This document shows positions 1 to 12,650 of a stretch of DNA of 64,000 nucleotides, in pieces (position 1 is the first letter of the stretch; each line of letters begins with the position of its first letter). The position numbers and the translations under genes are program-made. The stretch spans positions 1,612,001 to 1,676,000 of the forward strand of contig CM035354.1 of the NCBI GenBank assembly GCA_020137815.1. The letters are read 5' to 3'. This DNA is from Hormiphora californensis. Lineage: Eukaryota > Animalia > Ctenophora. The notes beneath the pieces are model-generated. The model made no database searches, was not told the origin of the DNA, and saw only the letters and a list, made by a program, of their open reading frames with translations.

Positions 1-1490
1 GGAGTAAATGGGAGGTAGGGAAGCTGAGAGATGGAGTAAATGGGAGGTAGGGCAGCTGAGAGATGGAGTAAATGGGAGGTAGGGAAGCTGAGAGATGGAG
101 TATGTATGGGAGGTAAGGAAGCTGAGAGATGGAGTAAATGGGAGGTAGGGAAGCTGAGAGATGGAGTAAATGAGGGGTAAGGAAGCTGAGAGATGGAGTA
201 AATGAGAGGTAGGGAAGGTAAGAGATGGAGTAAATGGGAGGTAGGGAAGCTGAGAGATGGAGTAAATGGGAGGTAGGGAAGGTAAGCGATGGAGTAAATG
301 GGAGGTAGGGAAGCTGAGAGATGGAGTAAATGGGAGGTAGGGAAGCTGAGAGATGAAGTAAATGGGAGGTAGGGTAGCTGAAAGATGGAGTAAATAGGAG
401 GTAGGGAAGCTGAGAGATGGAGTAAATGGGAGGTAGGGAAGGTAAGCGATGGAGTAAATGGGAGGTAGGGAAGCTGAGAGATGGAGTAAATGGGAGGTAG
501 GGAAGCTGAGAGATGAAGTAAATGGGAGGTAGGGTAGCTGAGAGATGGAGTAAATGGGAGGTAGGGAAGCTGAGAGATGGAGTAAATGGGAGGTAGGCAA
601 GCTGAGGGATGGAGTAAATGGGAGGTAGGGAAGCTGAGAGATGGAGTAAATGGGAGGTAGGGTAGCTGAGAGATGGAGTGAATGGGAGGTAGGGTAGCTG
701 AGAGATGGAGTAAATGGGAGGTAGGGATGGAGTAAATGGGAGGTAGGGAAGCTGAGAGATGGAGTAAATGGGAGGTAGAGAAGCTGAGAGATGGAGTAAA
801 TGGGAGGTAGGGTAGCTGAGAGATGGAGTGAATGGGAGGTAGGGTAGCTGAGAGATGGAGTAAATGGGAGGTAGGGAAGCTGAGAGATGGAGTAAATGGG
901 AGGTAGGGAAGCTGAGAGATGGAGTAAATGGGAGGTAAGTAAGCTGAGAGATGGAGTAAATGGGAGGTAGGGTAGCTGAGAGATGGAGTAAATGGCAGGT
1001 AGGGAAGCTGAGATATGGAGTAAATGGGAGGTAGGTAAGCTGAGAGATGGAGTAAATGGGAGGTAGGGAAGCTGAGAGATGGAGTAAATGGGAGGTAGGG
1101 TAGCTGAGAGATGGAGTAAATGGGAGGTAGGGTAGCTGAGAGATGGAGTAGATGAGGAGTAGGGTAGCGGAGAGATGGACTAGATTAGGGGTAGGGTAGC
1201 TGAAAGATGGAGTTGATGAGGGCTAGGGAAGCATAGAGATGGAAACGATTATGGATAGGGATTCCCTACCCCTAATCGTTTCCATCTCTATGCTTCCCTA
1301 ATAGGGAAGCTGAGAGATGGAGTAAATGAGGAGTAGGGTAGCTGAGAGATGGACTAGATAAAGGGTTGGGTAGCTGAAAGATGGAGTAGATGAGGGGTAT
1401 GGTAGCTGAAAGATGGAGTAGATGAGGGGTAGGGTAGCTGAGAGATCGAGTTGATGAGGGGTAGGATAGCTGAGAGATGGAGTAGATCAA
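1..1490. repeat. 32-bp purine-rich minisatellite (GGAGTAAATGGGAGGTAGGGAAGCTGAGAGAT)n, degenerating after ~1150
   Basis: Unit recurs with 32-bp period from position 1 (1, 33, 65...) with point variants and no unique spacers. Confidence 0.95.
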
Positions 1491-2172
1491 GATCGAGAAA
1501 TATTTGATTCGGCACCGACCCTCTCTCTACTCCTCGATGTTTCCCGCCATGTTCTGCAGCTGCTGTGTGAGAGTTGAACGCGAGCGCGTCAATAACATGA
1601 CACGACATGCAACACGACATGCAAGATGCGAATTTCATTATTTTGAAGTTTTGTGGGGTTGCGATTTTTGTTTTAGGTCGGAGAGTGAAACGGCCGGTAC
1701 AGTGGTAAACTAGATTAAAAACTGTACGCCTCGTTAGACGGCGATTTTTCCTATCTTGTCTGGTTCCTGAGATATGGCCCCCTAAAGAGTTGGTGTCTCA
1801 AACTGCTGAATCGGGGTCACGCGAGGAAAATGGGCATCAGTTTGCGTGTACTGCTCCGTTTTTCACGGGACTTGAACGAGGGTGACGGCAAGAGTCTCAC
1901 CTATTACATGGTATCCTTACATTGTGTATTAAATCTAAAATGACTGAGCAGCATGCTTGTTAATGAACCTTGACGTGTTTGCTTGTCTCGCGAGCGCGCT
2001 CGCGACTAGCAAACACGACATGCAGTTCACACCCTGATTATGGTTCCTTATTTTTCAAAAACCAGGAGCAGCTCGGACACATAAAGTCCGTTTCAAGCGA
2101 CTTGACCCGTAATTCTTGGAATTTGGCGCATTGCGCGTGTATTTACAAAGGGGAAATCCTGAATTTCCAGGA

Positions 2173-2394
2173 TAGTGGAAGCTCTTACGGTATTTCCCAC
2201 GCCCCGTGGGAAGTTTTTGACCGTGGGAAAGTTTTCAAACCGTGGGAAAAGAGAGATACATACAATAACATACAAAAAATAATTATTTTTTTTAAAGTTA
2301 TTGTATGTATCTCTCTTTTCCCACGGTTTGAAAACTTTCCCACGGTCAAAAACTTTCCCACGGGGCGTGGGAAATACCGTAAGAGCTTCCACTA
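2173..2394. mobile_element. Palindromic MITE with TAG...CTA termini and 3-bp TSD (Academ-like)
   Basis: ~100-bp near-perfect inverted arms TAGTGGAAGCTCTTACGG.../...CCGTAAGAGCTTCCACTA; GGA directly repeated at 2170-2172 and 2395-2397. Superfamily is inferred from termini and TSD length. Confidence 0.75.
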
Positions 2395-2412
2395 GGAATC
2401 TCAGGTCAAGTC

Positions 2413-2563
2413 AAGTCGGATTTTTTGAAGTTGTCACCCCAAAATGACCGCGCATGTGAAATTTATCAATTTTGACGCGCACACCACACGTTAACATGTG
2501 ATGTGACGCGCAAAAACATTCCGCGCACGAGAAGGGGGGTGACAACTTCAAAAAATCCGACTT
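2413..2563. mobile_element. Short MITE (AAGTCGGATTTTTTGAA...TTCAAAAAATCCGACTT family)
   Basis: ~27-bp terminal inverted repeats; related termini at 57459-57683 and near 6415-6437. Confidence 0.65.
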
Positions 2564-2807
2564 TCGTTTGAAACGCACTTTAAGAGTTCGGGGCAAATGA
2601 TCGAACCCAATGTGAATGAGACTCATCGCGATTAACTCTTCATACGGTTACCCCCTTTCTCTCTTCGGCAGCTTCTCTTCGGCTGTTGGAAAGTGATGCC
2701 AATCGGTGTTGGGGTTAGTGAATTAAAAGAAGAACTTTAAGAGTTTGCGCGTTACAATGAATGCGACGCATAATTATTCGTGCGCGCGAAAACATTTCAA
2801 ATGCAAA

Positions 2808-2850
2808 AGTTTCAAACTTTTCAACACTACTTTAAACAAATTAATTTGAG
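2808..2850 (+). other. Spliced-leader (SL) exon-like sequence forming the retrotransposon 5' end
   Basis: AGTTTCAAACTTTTCAACACTACTTTAAACAAATTAATTTGAG (43 nt) matches my recollection of the ctenophore (Pleurobrachia) SL ending ...AATTTGAG; begins right after the left TSD and is followed by ATCTC, not GT. Confidence 0.75.
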
Positions 2851-2891
2851 ATCTCTTCCAACCCGGCCCTCGCGGTCGGTTAGGTTTAGTG

Positions 2892-5800
2892 ATGAAGAAA
2901 AGTACGAAGAGGAGAACGAACAAGACCACCGTTCCCCCTTCCTCGTCCTCGGATCCACGCTACAACTGCCCAGCATGTAATGTCTACTTGTACGAAGAAG
3001 ATGACATCCCCTGTGTAGCTTGTGACAATTGTAACGGTTGGTTCCATTTAAAGTGTGTTGGTATTCCGGACTCAGACTATGCCAAAGTTACTGCCAAACC
3101 TCACTGGTACTGTCCCAGCTGTATTAGGCTTCCAAACTTTATACCTGCAGCTCCCCTCAAGACATCATGGGGTAAGCTGTCAGGCCAAGCTCTTTCTGAT
3201 TCCTTCTCACGCCTCCTCGTCTCTGTTTCCTCTTTCCGTCCCAACCTTTTCAAGCTTCCTTCCGGAAGTTCCGGCAAGCAGTTTATAACTGAATGCACCC
3301 GGCTCATCAAGGAATGGAACTCTTCTTCTGGCCTTGAGAGTGTTGCAATAACAGCCATCCATCTCATGGGTCCTCTCCTATTGCAAAACCCTGGTAAAAA
3401 ATCCAAACCAAGTGAGCAATCGGCTGCCCTTCTCAGACGTTTACTCCTTTGGCAAGCTGGCGAATTTCACACTTTACTATCAGAGTGCATGGTTATTCAG
3501 TCCAGGTTACCTAAGTCTACAACATCAGACAACAGAAGGGGTTTTGTAAGGATGATGTTTACAGGGAGAGTCGGAGCTGCACTACGACTACTCAGTGCTA
3601 CTCCCTCTGCAGCCCTCGACATCACCCCCGAGGTGTTGGAAAACCTCAAGGAAAAGCACCCGGATGCTGCTCCTCTCAGTCCTGATCACCTCGTGTCTAC
3701 CCAGCTCCCTCCTTCTTTCGAACCCGCCATTTTTCATGACCTCAACTCGGATACCATAAGGCGAGCTGCTGCTGCCACAAAGGGTAGTGCCGGCCCAAGT
3801 GGTATGTCAGACGGCCTCTGGACCCGTATGCTCTGCAGTAAAGCTTTTAGAAAGGCTTCCGATGACCTTTCTCACGAAGTTGCCATCATGACGAGACGTC
3901 TATGCACGGTTTATGTCGACCCCAGCTCACTAACTGCGTTCCTGTCCTGCAAGCTAATTGCCTTGGACAAGAATCCTGGGATAAGGCCTATCGGTGTTGG
4001 CGAGGTTCTCCGTCGGATAGTAGGTCGAGCAGTAGCACAACATCTCAAACCCGAAATCATTCAGGCTGCCGGCCCCTTACAACTCGCTGCCGGCCAGCAA
4101 GGCGGAGCTGAAGCTGCTGTTCACTCAATGAGAGAATTCTATGCAGACGAGGGTACTGAGGCTGTTCTCCTAGCTGATGCTCGTAACGCGTTCAACATCC
4201 TAAACCGGCAAACCGCCCTGGTGAACCTCAGGCACCTTTGTCCAGCTCTCTCCATCTTTGCGATAAACCTTTACCGTTTCCCAGTTCGTCTATATCTCTC
4301 CAACGGCACATTTATCCTCTCTGCAGAAGGCACCACCCAAGGGTGTAACATCGCCTCTCCTTTCTATTGTATCAGTCTTCGCCCTCTCATCGACAAACTG
4401 TCAAGGACTTCCCCAAAACAGATTTTTTACGCTGATGATGGAGCCTCTGCCGGTTCCCTAATCGGTGTGAGAGAATGGTGGGACGCTCTGGTCACCAACG
4501 GTCCCGGTTACGGCTACTTCCCAAGACCGGATAAGTCAGTATTAATCGTAAAACCAGAACACCTTGAAAAAGCAAAGTCGATCTTTTCAGACACTGCTGT
4601 AATCATCAAATCAGACGGCCACAGATACCTGGGCGCTCCTATTGGTACCTTAGATTACCAGCGGGAATATGTGGCCAAGGATGTTTGCCGCTGGGTAACG
4701 GATGTCACAGCGATCTCCAAAATTGCTGAAACTGAACCCCAGGCAGCATACTCGGCTTTCTGTATGGGGCTGTCAAAGAGATTTCTCTTTCTAATGAGGA
4801 CGACCCCGAACATCTCTGAGCTCTTCAGGCCCTTGGAGTCAACAATTTCATCTGTTCTCCTTCCAGCTATCCTCAACAATCACTTCACCCCTCTACACCG
4901 AGAACTGTTTTCCCTGCCTTGCAGAAACGGAGGACTTGGTATTGAAAATCCATGTGAAGTCGCGGATCTTGAGTATCAACGATCCCTTCATGCTACTGCA
5001 CCGCTCTCTCAGATTATTACTGAACAGAACATAAATATTACTGATGAGAGAGCGGTTGCTGTTGCTAAGGGGTTAAAAACAGCCAAGCAGGAAGTAATTC
5101 AGATGAAAAAAGAACACCATAAAAATCGTTTATCTGCTGTTTCCGACCAGCTAGCCCCAGACTATCGCAGACTCCATGATGAGCTTTGTAGACGTGGCTC
5201 TTCCACCTGGTTGACAACCCTTCCCTTGGAGGAACACGGCTTCAATCTCAACAAATCCGAGTTTCGTGATGCTCTTGCCCTGAGGTATGACCTTTCCCTT
5301 CGGGAGTTTCCCAACCATTGTGCTTGTGGTAAACCAAACTCCATTGAACACTGTCTAACTTGTGCTCGTGGAGGCTATGTGCATCTCAGGCACAACCAGA
5401 TTCGCGATCTAACTGCCAATCTTCTAGTGGAGGCTGGGTGTACGGATGTTAAAGTGGAGCCCCATCTTCTCCCTCTAACTGGTGAGACTCTCCAATATGC
5501 CTCCGCGATCACCAATGATGAGGCACGTCTTGATGTCTCGGCTCGTGGTGTCTGGTCTGACTTATCAAAACTGTTCATTGATGTCCGCATCTTCAATTCT
5601 CGAGCCCCAACCAACAAATCATTGCCAGTCAACAAGGTTTTGAAGAAGCACGAGGACGAGAAGAAGCGTGCTTATGGAGAGCGTGTACTGCAGGTGGAGA
5701 AAAGCTCCTTCACACCAGCTGTTTTCTCTACCTCTGGAATCATGGGCGATGAGGCTGACAAACTTTACAAACAAATTGCCCACCTACTCTCAAAAAAGAC

Positions 5801-5972
5801 CAAACAGTCCTACCCCGATTGCATCCGGTATATCAGACAGAGACTATCTTTCTGCCTGTTAAAAACTCTTATCATTAGTCTCCGGGGTCATCGTGGCCAG
5901 AGCCCGAAGAGTTTTAGTGATCGCAATGACATTAACATTTTATACATGATTAAAAACAATAACCAGAATTAA
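2892..5972 (+). CDS. Retrotransposon polyprotein: PHD finger - reverse transcriptase - CCHC zinc knuckle - restriction-like endonuclease
   Basis: 1026 aa from first ATG. PHD CPAC..CVACDNCNGWFHLKC..WYCPSC; RT motifs RPIGVGEVLRR, DARNAFN, GTTQG, YADD, YLG; CACG..HCLTC; RHNQIRD, RLDV, FIDV, EKKRAY. Confidence 0.92.
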   Translation: MKKSTKRRTNKTTVPPSSSSDPRYNCPACNVYLYEEDDIPCVACDNCNGWFHLKCVGIPDSDYAKVTAKPHWYCPSCIRLPNFIPAAPLKTSWGKLSGQALSDSFSRLLVSVSSFRPNLFKLPSGSSGKQFITECTRLIKEWNSSSGLESVAITAIHLMGPLLLQNPGKKSKPSEQSAALLRRLLLWQAGEFHTLLSECMVIQSRLPKSTTSDNRRGFVRMMFTGRVGAALRLLSATPSAALDITPEVLENLKEKHPDAAPLSPDHLVSTQLPPSFEPAIFHDLNSDTIRRAAAATKGSAGPSGMSDGLWTRMLCSKAFRKASDDLSHEVAIMTRRLCTVYVDPSSLTAFLSCKLIALDKNPGIRPIGVGEVLRRIVGRAVAQHLKPEIIQAAGPLQLAAGQQGGAEAAVHSMREFYADEGTEAVLLADARNAFNILNRQTALVNLRHLCPALSIFAINLYRFPVRLYLSNGTFILSAEGTTQGCNIASPFYCISLRPLIDKLSRTSPKQIFYADDGASAGSLIGVREWWDALVTNGPGYGYFPRPDKSVLIVKPEHLEKAKSIFSDTAVIIKSDGHRYLGAPIGTLDYQREYVAKDVCRWVTDVTAISKIAETEPQAAYSAFCMGLSKRFLFLMRTTPNISELFRPLESTISSVLLPAILNNHFTPLHRELFSLPCRNGGLGIENPCEVADLEYQRSLHATAPLSQIITEQNINITDERAVAVAKGLKTAKQEVIQMKKEHHKNRLSAVSDQLAPDYRRLHDELCRRGSSTWLTTLPLEEHGFNLNKSEFRDALALRYDLSLREFPNHCACGKPNSIEHCLTCARGGYVHLRHNQIRDLTANLLVEAGCTDVKVEPHLLPLTGETLQYASAITNDEARLDVSARGVWSDLSKLFIDVRIFNSRAPTNKSLPVNKVLKKHEDEKKRAYGERVLQVEKSSFTPAVFSTSGIMGDEADKLYKQIAHLLSKKTKQSYPDCIRYIRQRLSFCLLKTLIISLRGHRGQSPKSFSDRNDINILYMIKNNNQN

Positions 5973-6471
5973 TTTATTATACCCAATTTATGTACAGATA
6001 AGATTGATTTCTATATCCATTTTACTAATTGAACCGGTACCCCGGCTTTCGAAAAAAATTTCAAATGCAAATCCAAAATTTCGCAATTTTCATCCATTTT
6101 TAACAAGTGGGTTGTTGTTTTTAACAAATCCTTAAAAAAAAGGTCTTTTTGATTTCCCCAAAATTTTACTTTAACGTTTCGTTTTTGTTTGGACACACAG
6201 TTTACTGGACACCGCCCCTGCTCTAAATCGGGGACTGCAGCAGCACCCAGTCATACCCCGGTCGAGGTGATCACTGCCTGAAATCTACCCTGCACTAAAA
6301 TAACCAACTAATGTGGCTAATAACCACTCAAACATTGTATTTATTTTGATTAATTCAAAGTTTATCTGATAAATCTCAAACCCTAAAAACAAATCATGTG
6401 CCAAAGGGCGGTCGGACAGTTCAAAAAATCCGACTTTAACTACTGTAACTATAATAGGATGGGTCGGTGAT

Positions 6472-7747
6472 ATGATTAGCGTGCCCTGGCTTGGCAGTAG
6501 AGCTGCCCTCGCCACACTGAGAAGCAGGCTATCAGGGAAACTAGTTGAAAATCAAAACAAGCTATCCCGATCATCGTGCGCTGTTTTTCTTCCGTTATGC
6601 CACAAGGAAAACAAATTGAGCCTTCTCTACACGAAGCGAGCTGACACTTTGAACAGCCATACGGGGCAAGTCAGGTTTGTACTTGATTATAATCCCCCCC
6701 CCCCCCCCCCATTATAACTACTTTTTGTACAGTTTGAATCCCTTTTTATGAGCCAAGTTTTCGAGGTCTACTGCTGAATATCATGCAAGGATACATTTTC
6801 GTTGCATTTGAATTTAATCGAAATTCTTTTTCCCCAGTTTTCCCGGGGGAAGATGTGACGATGGAGAGACGGCTGTGATTACAAGTGTGCGAGAGATGGA
6901 AGAAGAAATCGGTCTATCTCCCCTTGAAGTTTGGGGGACCTTGAAGCGACCAGTTATAAGTTTGAAGATGGAGAACGTGTATGGTTGTGTGGGATATATG
7001 GGATCTTTAGACAATGCCAAACTGCAGATATCTCAAGAAGAGGTATTAGATATTGCAGTCAAATTATTTGGTCATTGTACTCCAAGACCATTGCCCTTTT
7101 GTGGATAGTAAACATCAGGAACCGAACGAATTAAGTAAACAGCCAATCAGAACTCGTTATTTAGGTCACGTGACTGTTTATCAGCCAATCAGGGACCAGT
7201 ATTTCCTGATTCGGTCGGTTCCTGGTAAACATCCAATAGTAAACATGCCCCTCTAGAGTTGTTTATCGTGGTTCACACGTGAGTTATAAGGGTGACTGCG
7301 TCACCAAACCCTTTCCAAATTGTTCCAGTTTTTGGTTGGTAACGAAGTAACCCCTATGACGATGTAATGAGGGGTAATTTCTTTTTTTTTTGTACATTTG
7401 TTTGAACTCCTCCAATTTTCCAGGTTTCCCACGTGTTCACTGTGTCACTGGAGGATCTCCTCCGAACACGATCAGTCCGGAACTACAACAACAACGTAGC
7501 AGGTAACAGGAATTGGGAACGGTTCACTACCGAACTATCTAACGACCCAGACCAGCAGGAGAGATTCAAACAGTTAACTGTTATAGGGACAATCGAGGAG
7601 TATTCTATGCCCCAGTTCCCCTCACCCATCCAAAGTGATCCTCCTATTTGGGGTCTCACGGCCATCATGACGGACAGACTATTCTACGCTGCCCTGAGGG
7701 AGGAAGGATATCCCAAACACAGTTTTCTTCCTGTTGATACTAAATGA
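6472..7747 (+). CDS. NUDT8: Nudix hydrolase, NUDT8-like CoA pyrophosphatase; exons 6472-6674, 6838-7042, 7424-7747
   Basis: Spliced product reads LLYTKRADTLNSHTGQVSFPGG..ETAVITSVREMEEEIGL (CoA-type motif plus Nudix box) and IWGLTA; GT-AG introns keep frame. Confidence 0.85.
7116..7224. mobile_element. 109-bp hAT-type MITE in NUDT8 intron 2
   Basis: TIR CAGGAACCGA.../...TCGGTTCCTG; 8-bp TSD GTAAACAT (7108-7115, 7225-7232). Confidence 0.85.
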
Positions 7748-8035
7748 GATGTACCAAACAGAGAGATAGAGATAGAAAGAGAGGGGGAGAGTGATAGAAA
7801 TAATGGGGAAAGGATTTATTTGTTACCAGGAAACGGGTTTTTAGTGTGTATACTTGCAGTTTCTTGTTTTCTTTTGTTATTTTCGGCCATTTTATTATTC
7901 CTAAACAGTTTGCACATTTTTGTTTTCTTCCTGTGTCGGTTTAGATCTAAGAAAAAAAGAAAAAAAATTTATATCTAGAATAATTTAATTGTCACGTTGT
8001 ATTCCCCAATCTTCTATAATTCTACTTCTCTAGTT

Positions 8036-8869
8036 ATGATACGAGTAGTGAGATGTTGCACTGGGACTGTTATCCGGCGAGCGGCACTGCATACTACTCC
8101 CCCTGCTACTGCTACTGAACAAACCACCCATTTCGGATTTCAGGACGTCCCCGAGGAGGAAAAAGAGGGCAAAGTTAGGGAAGTTTTCGAAAAAGTGGCA
8201 GACACCTATGATGTCATGAATGATGCCATGTCACTAGGTATGCACCGGCTCTGGAAGGACTGTTTTGTATCTCGGGCAGACCCCCAACCGGGATTTCAGT
8301 GTCTAGACGTGGCGGGTGGGACGGGTGACATCGCATTTAGAATCGCCCGGCACATGTCCAACATTAGTAAGGACCACGGGCCCGTGACCATCTGTGATAT
8401 TAACCCAGAGATGTTGAGGGTTGGGAGAGCACGTGCCGAACGGAACGGAACATCAGACCAGTTTGTGTGGGTGGAGGGGAATGCAGAGACCCTCAACTTT
8501 CCCGACTCCTCATTCGATCTGTACACTATAGCTTACGGTATCAGGAACTGCACCCACATTGATCGTGTTTTATCGGAGGCCCACAGGGTACTGAAACCTG
8601 GAGGGAGGTTCATGTGTCTCGAGTTTAGCGAGGTAACTCAACCTGTCCTGGGGAGTGTCTATGAGAAATACTCCTTTGGTGTTATCCCCGTGTTGGGACA
8701 TTTAGTGGCGGGAGATATGGAGAGTTATCAGTATCTGGTGGAGAGTATTAGGAGGTTTCCCAAGCAGGAGGAGTTTGCTGATATGATAGTGAAGGCTGGG
8801 TTTTCAGTTGTGGAGTTTGAGAATTTGACTTTTGGTGTGACCTCCATTCACTCTGGGTATAAGTTGTGA
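8036..8869 (+). CDS. COQ5: Mitochondrial 2-methoxy-6-polyprenyl-1,4-benzoquinol C-methyltransferase (UbiE/COQ5 family), intronless
   Basis: [75 protein letters not shown]; Arg-rich presequence-like N-terminus. Confidence 0.95.
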   Translation: MIRVVRCCTGTVIRRAALHTTPPATATEQTTHFGFQDVPEEEKEGKVREVFEKVADTYDVMNDAMSLGMHRLWKDCFVSRADPQPGFQCLDVAGGTGDIAFRIARHMSNISKDHGPVTICDINPEMLRVGRARAERNGTSDQFVWVEGNAETLNFPDSSFDLYTIAYGIRNCTHIDRVLSEAHRVLKPGGRFMCLEFSEVTQPVLGSVYEKYSFGVIPVLGHLVAGDMESYQYLVESIRRFPKQEEFADMIVKAGFSVVEFENLTFGVTSIHSGYKL

Positions 8870-9457
8870 GCGAAGGAATATAATTATTTTGTTGTTAGGG
8901 AGGCCGAGATATTTGTAGTTTTTTTTACCAGAAACATCTTGAAAAACTAACTGAGTAAATATGAATTATGATTAGACGATTGTAATTCTATGTCAAAAAA
9001 AATTCGTCCCATATCGTACCAAAATTTGTGTATTTTCATTGTCCTTTTTTGTTAGACTATCTGAGAGCCCAGTCAAAATGCCAAAAAACTCCCCTTCTCC
9101 CATCCCAATGACCCCTAGCCGAAGCAAAGGCCAAAGCCCTATGGATTATTGAATCCCCTCACCCCCTAATGAATACCTTCACTCCCTACTGATTCCCATC
9201 AACCCGGCCTCCCACCCCTGTATTGAATCCTCTCCCTCCTGTTGAATCTTATCACCGCCTAACGACTTCGACTCCTCTTGTCCCCTTTGACTCATTTCCC
9301 TCTCTATTGAAACCTCCCACCCCATATTGGCTCCCTACCTCTCACCCCTATTGACGAGCAGAGCCCTTTCCCAGGAGCCTGAGCATCCCGGTAAATCGGG
9401 GTCTGACTGAATTCTATTTCAACTAAATTTAACCCAGTCTCCCATGTTTAGCAGTGC

Positions 9458-10692
<1,235 letters not shown>

Positions 10693-11032
10693 TTCAAATG
10701 CGGTCAATATACTCCACAAAAAAGATTGTAAAAAAATATTACCCAGTGTTCTACTTCACTTTACCCTACCTATTGTATAAATAAATTCTGCTCTTTCCTT
10801 ACTCGTGTATTCAACTTGGGTATGATATCCCTTCTTTCTTCTATCCTCCTGCGCTGTCTCTCAGTCTCATGTTATCGCGCGCGCTACGTTTAGTTCGGAA
10901 TGGGGGCCACCCCCTTCCCAAAAAGAGAGGGTGCACCGTACCCAAGTATTCAACCCAGTTCTGTTTCAACTAAATCCTGCCTTGTCTCCTATATTTAGCA
11001 GCACATATCTGGACCAGATACGACAACCAGAC

Positions 11033-12010
11033 ATGATGGGCACTACCAGGACTCCACCTGCAGCCGATACTATACAGTGGGGAGATCAGACCGGTATTGT
11101 ATTTTCTCCACGACCTTTCCTAAAAACAGAGCCGATCCTTATTGACCAACAACAACCAGTGAAAGCAGAACCAGCAGACAATGAAGATGTGAAGTGTGAG
11201 GTTAACTCTGGGTTTATCAAATGTGAACAGGAAGTTGCGTGTAAAGAGGATCCTGATTTGTTGACTGTTAAAACGGAACCAGTTGAATCGGTTCATATCA
11301 AGTCGTTGTCCGATTGTGGACCTGTTAAAACGGAGCCAGTTGAGTTTTCTTCCTTCCTTGATAATTCTGACACACCTCCTTCATCACTTCCACAAATTGG
11401 TGAGTTGTCCAGTTTCACTTATTACTAGGTAGTGTGTTGTTTTATCTGCAATTTTGACTTTCAATTTTCTGCCACAGGTGGAATACCAGCAGAAATCTTG
11501 ACGGACTCTGGAGAAAATGACGATAACGTTTCAGAAGATTGTGAAACTGAACTAACAGCTGGCCCCCGAGAAATAGTTGTCACCCCTCAACGTCCATACG
11601 TGTGTGATGTGTGTGAAAAAGGTTTTAGCTTTTCTAGTCGTCTAAAAGAGCACATGAGGACCCATACTTGGGAGACACCCTACAAATGTAAGGATTGTGG
11701 TAGAGGGTTCATTTATTCGGATAATCTAACAAAACACATGAAGACACATACTGATGAGCGTCCCTACAAATGTGAGGAGTGTGGGAAAGGGTTTGTTCGT
11801 CCAAGTTCTCTAACAACTCACATGAAGACCCATACTGGGGAGCGGCCCTACAAATGTAAGGATTGTGGTAGAGGGTTCACTCAATCAGGTAATCTAACAC
11901 AACACATGAGGATCCATACTGGGGAGCGGCCATACAAATGTAAGGAGTGTGGTGAAAGATTCACCCGGTCTAATATTCTTAATTTTCACCTGAAACGCCA
12001 TACTAGCTAA
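11033..12010 (+). CDS. C2H2 zinc-finger gene copy 2 (exons 11033-11399, 11478-12010), apparently intact, 5 fingers
   Basis: Same two-exon structure, phase-1 GT-AG intron, uninterrupted frame. Confidence 0.85.
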
Positions 12011-12650
12011 GAGGATATGCGTAATAGAATTAGCAATGTGCTTAGTGCTTACCGATTCGATATAATGTACTCGATGATTTTTATAAGCTTTCCTGATCCT
12101 ATCTTTGTCAATGAGAGGTCAAACTTGCTAAATCGATCGTTTTCCATTGAGTGTCTTTTGCTACCATTATAGTCAGATAACTAGAGAGCCCAAGATAGTT
12201 ACCAAAAACTCCTCTCACCCAATACTGACTCTTTATATCACCCCATTCTCACTCCCCTCACGGCTCACCCCCTCATCCATATTGAATCCTCCTAACCCTA
12301 AAGACAACTCTATTGACTTCTCTTACCCCATACTGCAACTGACACCGCCGCCCATTGATGCATTTCAACCTCTATTGAATCATCCCACTCCCTATTGATT
12401 ATCTACCCCTCTCCCCTATTGAATCCTCTTAAGCCCTACTGACAACCCCTTGTACGTATTATTTGATTGTCTTAATTTGTGTCCTATCCTATCCATACCC
12501 CTTCTATTGACAGGTTACCCAGTGTTCTACTTCACTTTACCCTACCCTACTTATTATCTAAATAAATTATGTTCTTTCCTTACCCTTACTTGTTTTTGAC
12601 CCAGTTCTATTTCAACTAAATCCTGCCTTGTCTCCCATATTTAGCAGTAC

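Larger units (their letters stand above)
2808..6051 (+). mobile_element. Full-length CRE-like (R2-group, RLE-type) non-LTR retrotransposon
   Basis: Single intact ORF with PHD, RT, CCHC and RLE motifs; flanked by direct repeat ATTTCAAATGCAAA (2794-2807 and 6058-6071); 3' end duplicated at 58097-58274. Confidence 0.9.

Noticed and set aside
1-1490. 32-bp periodic array as a CRISPR array
   Set aside because: Head-to-tail repeats without unique spacers, no cas genes, eukaryotic context.
1970-2395. 141-aa and 99-aa ORFs
   Set aside because: They run through a palindromic MITE and give mirror-image peptides on both strands.
2808-2900. SL-like sequence as a bona fide SL RNA gene
   Set aside because: No GT donor after ...TTTGAG, no SL intron, and it lies inside the retrotransposon TSD.
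8036-8869. Intronless UbiE-like ORF as bacterial contamination or HGT
   Set aside because: Eukaryotic COQ5 features, presequence-like N-terminus, upstream splice acceptor and intron-containing neighbours.
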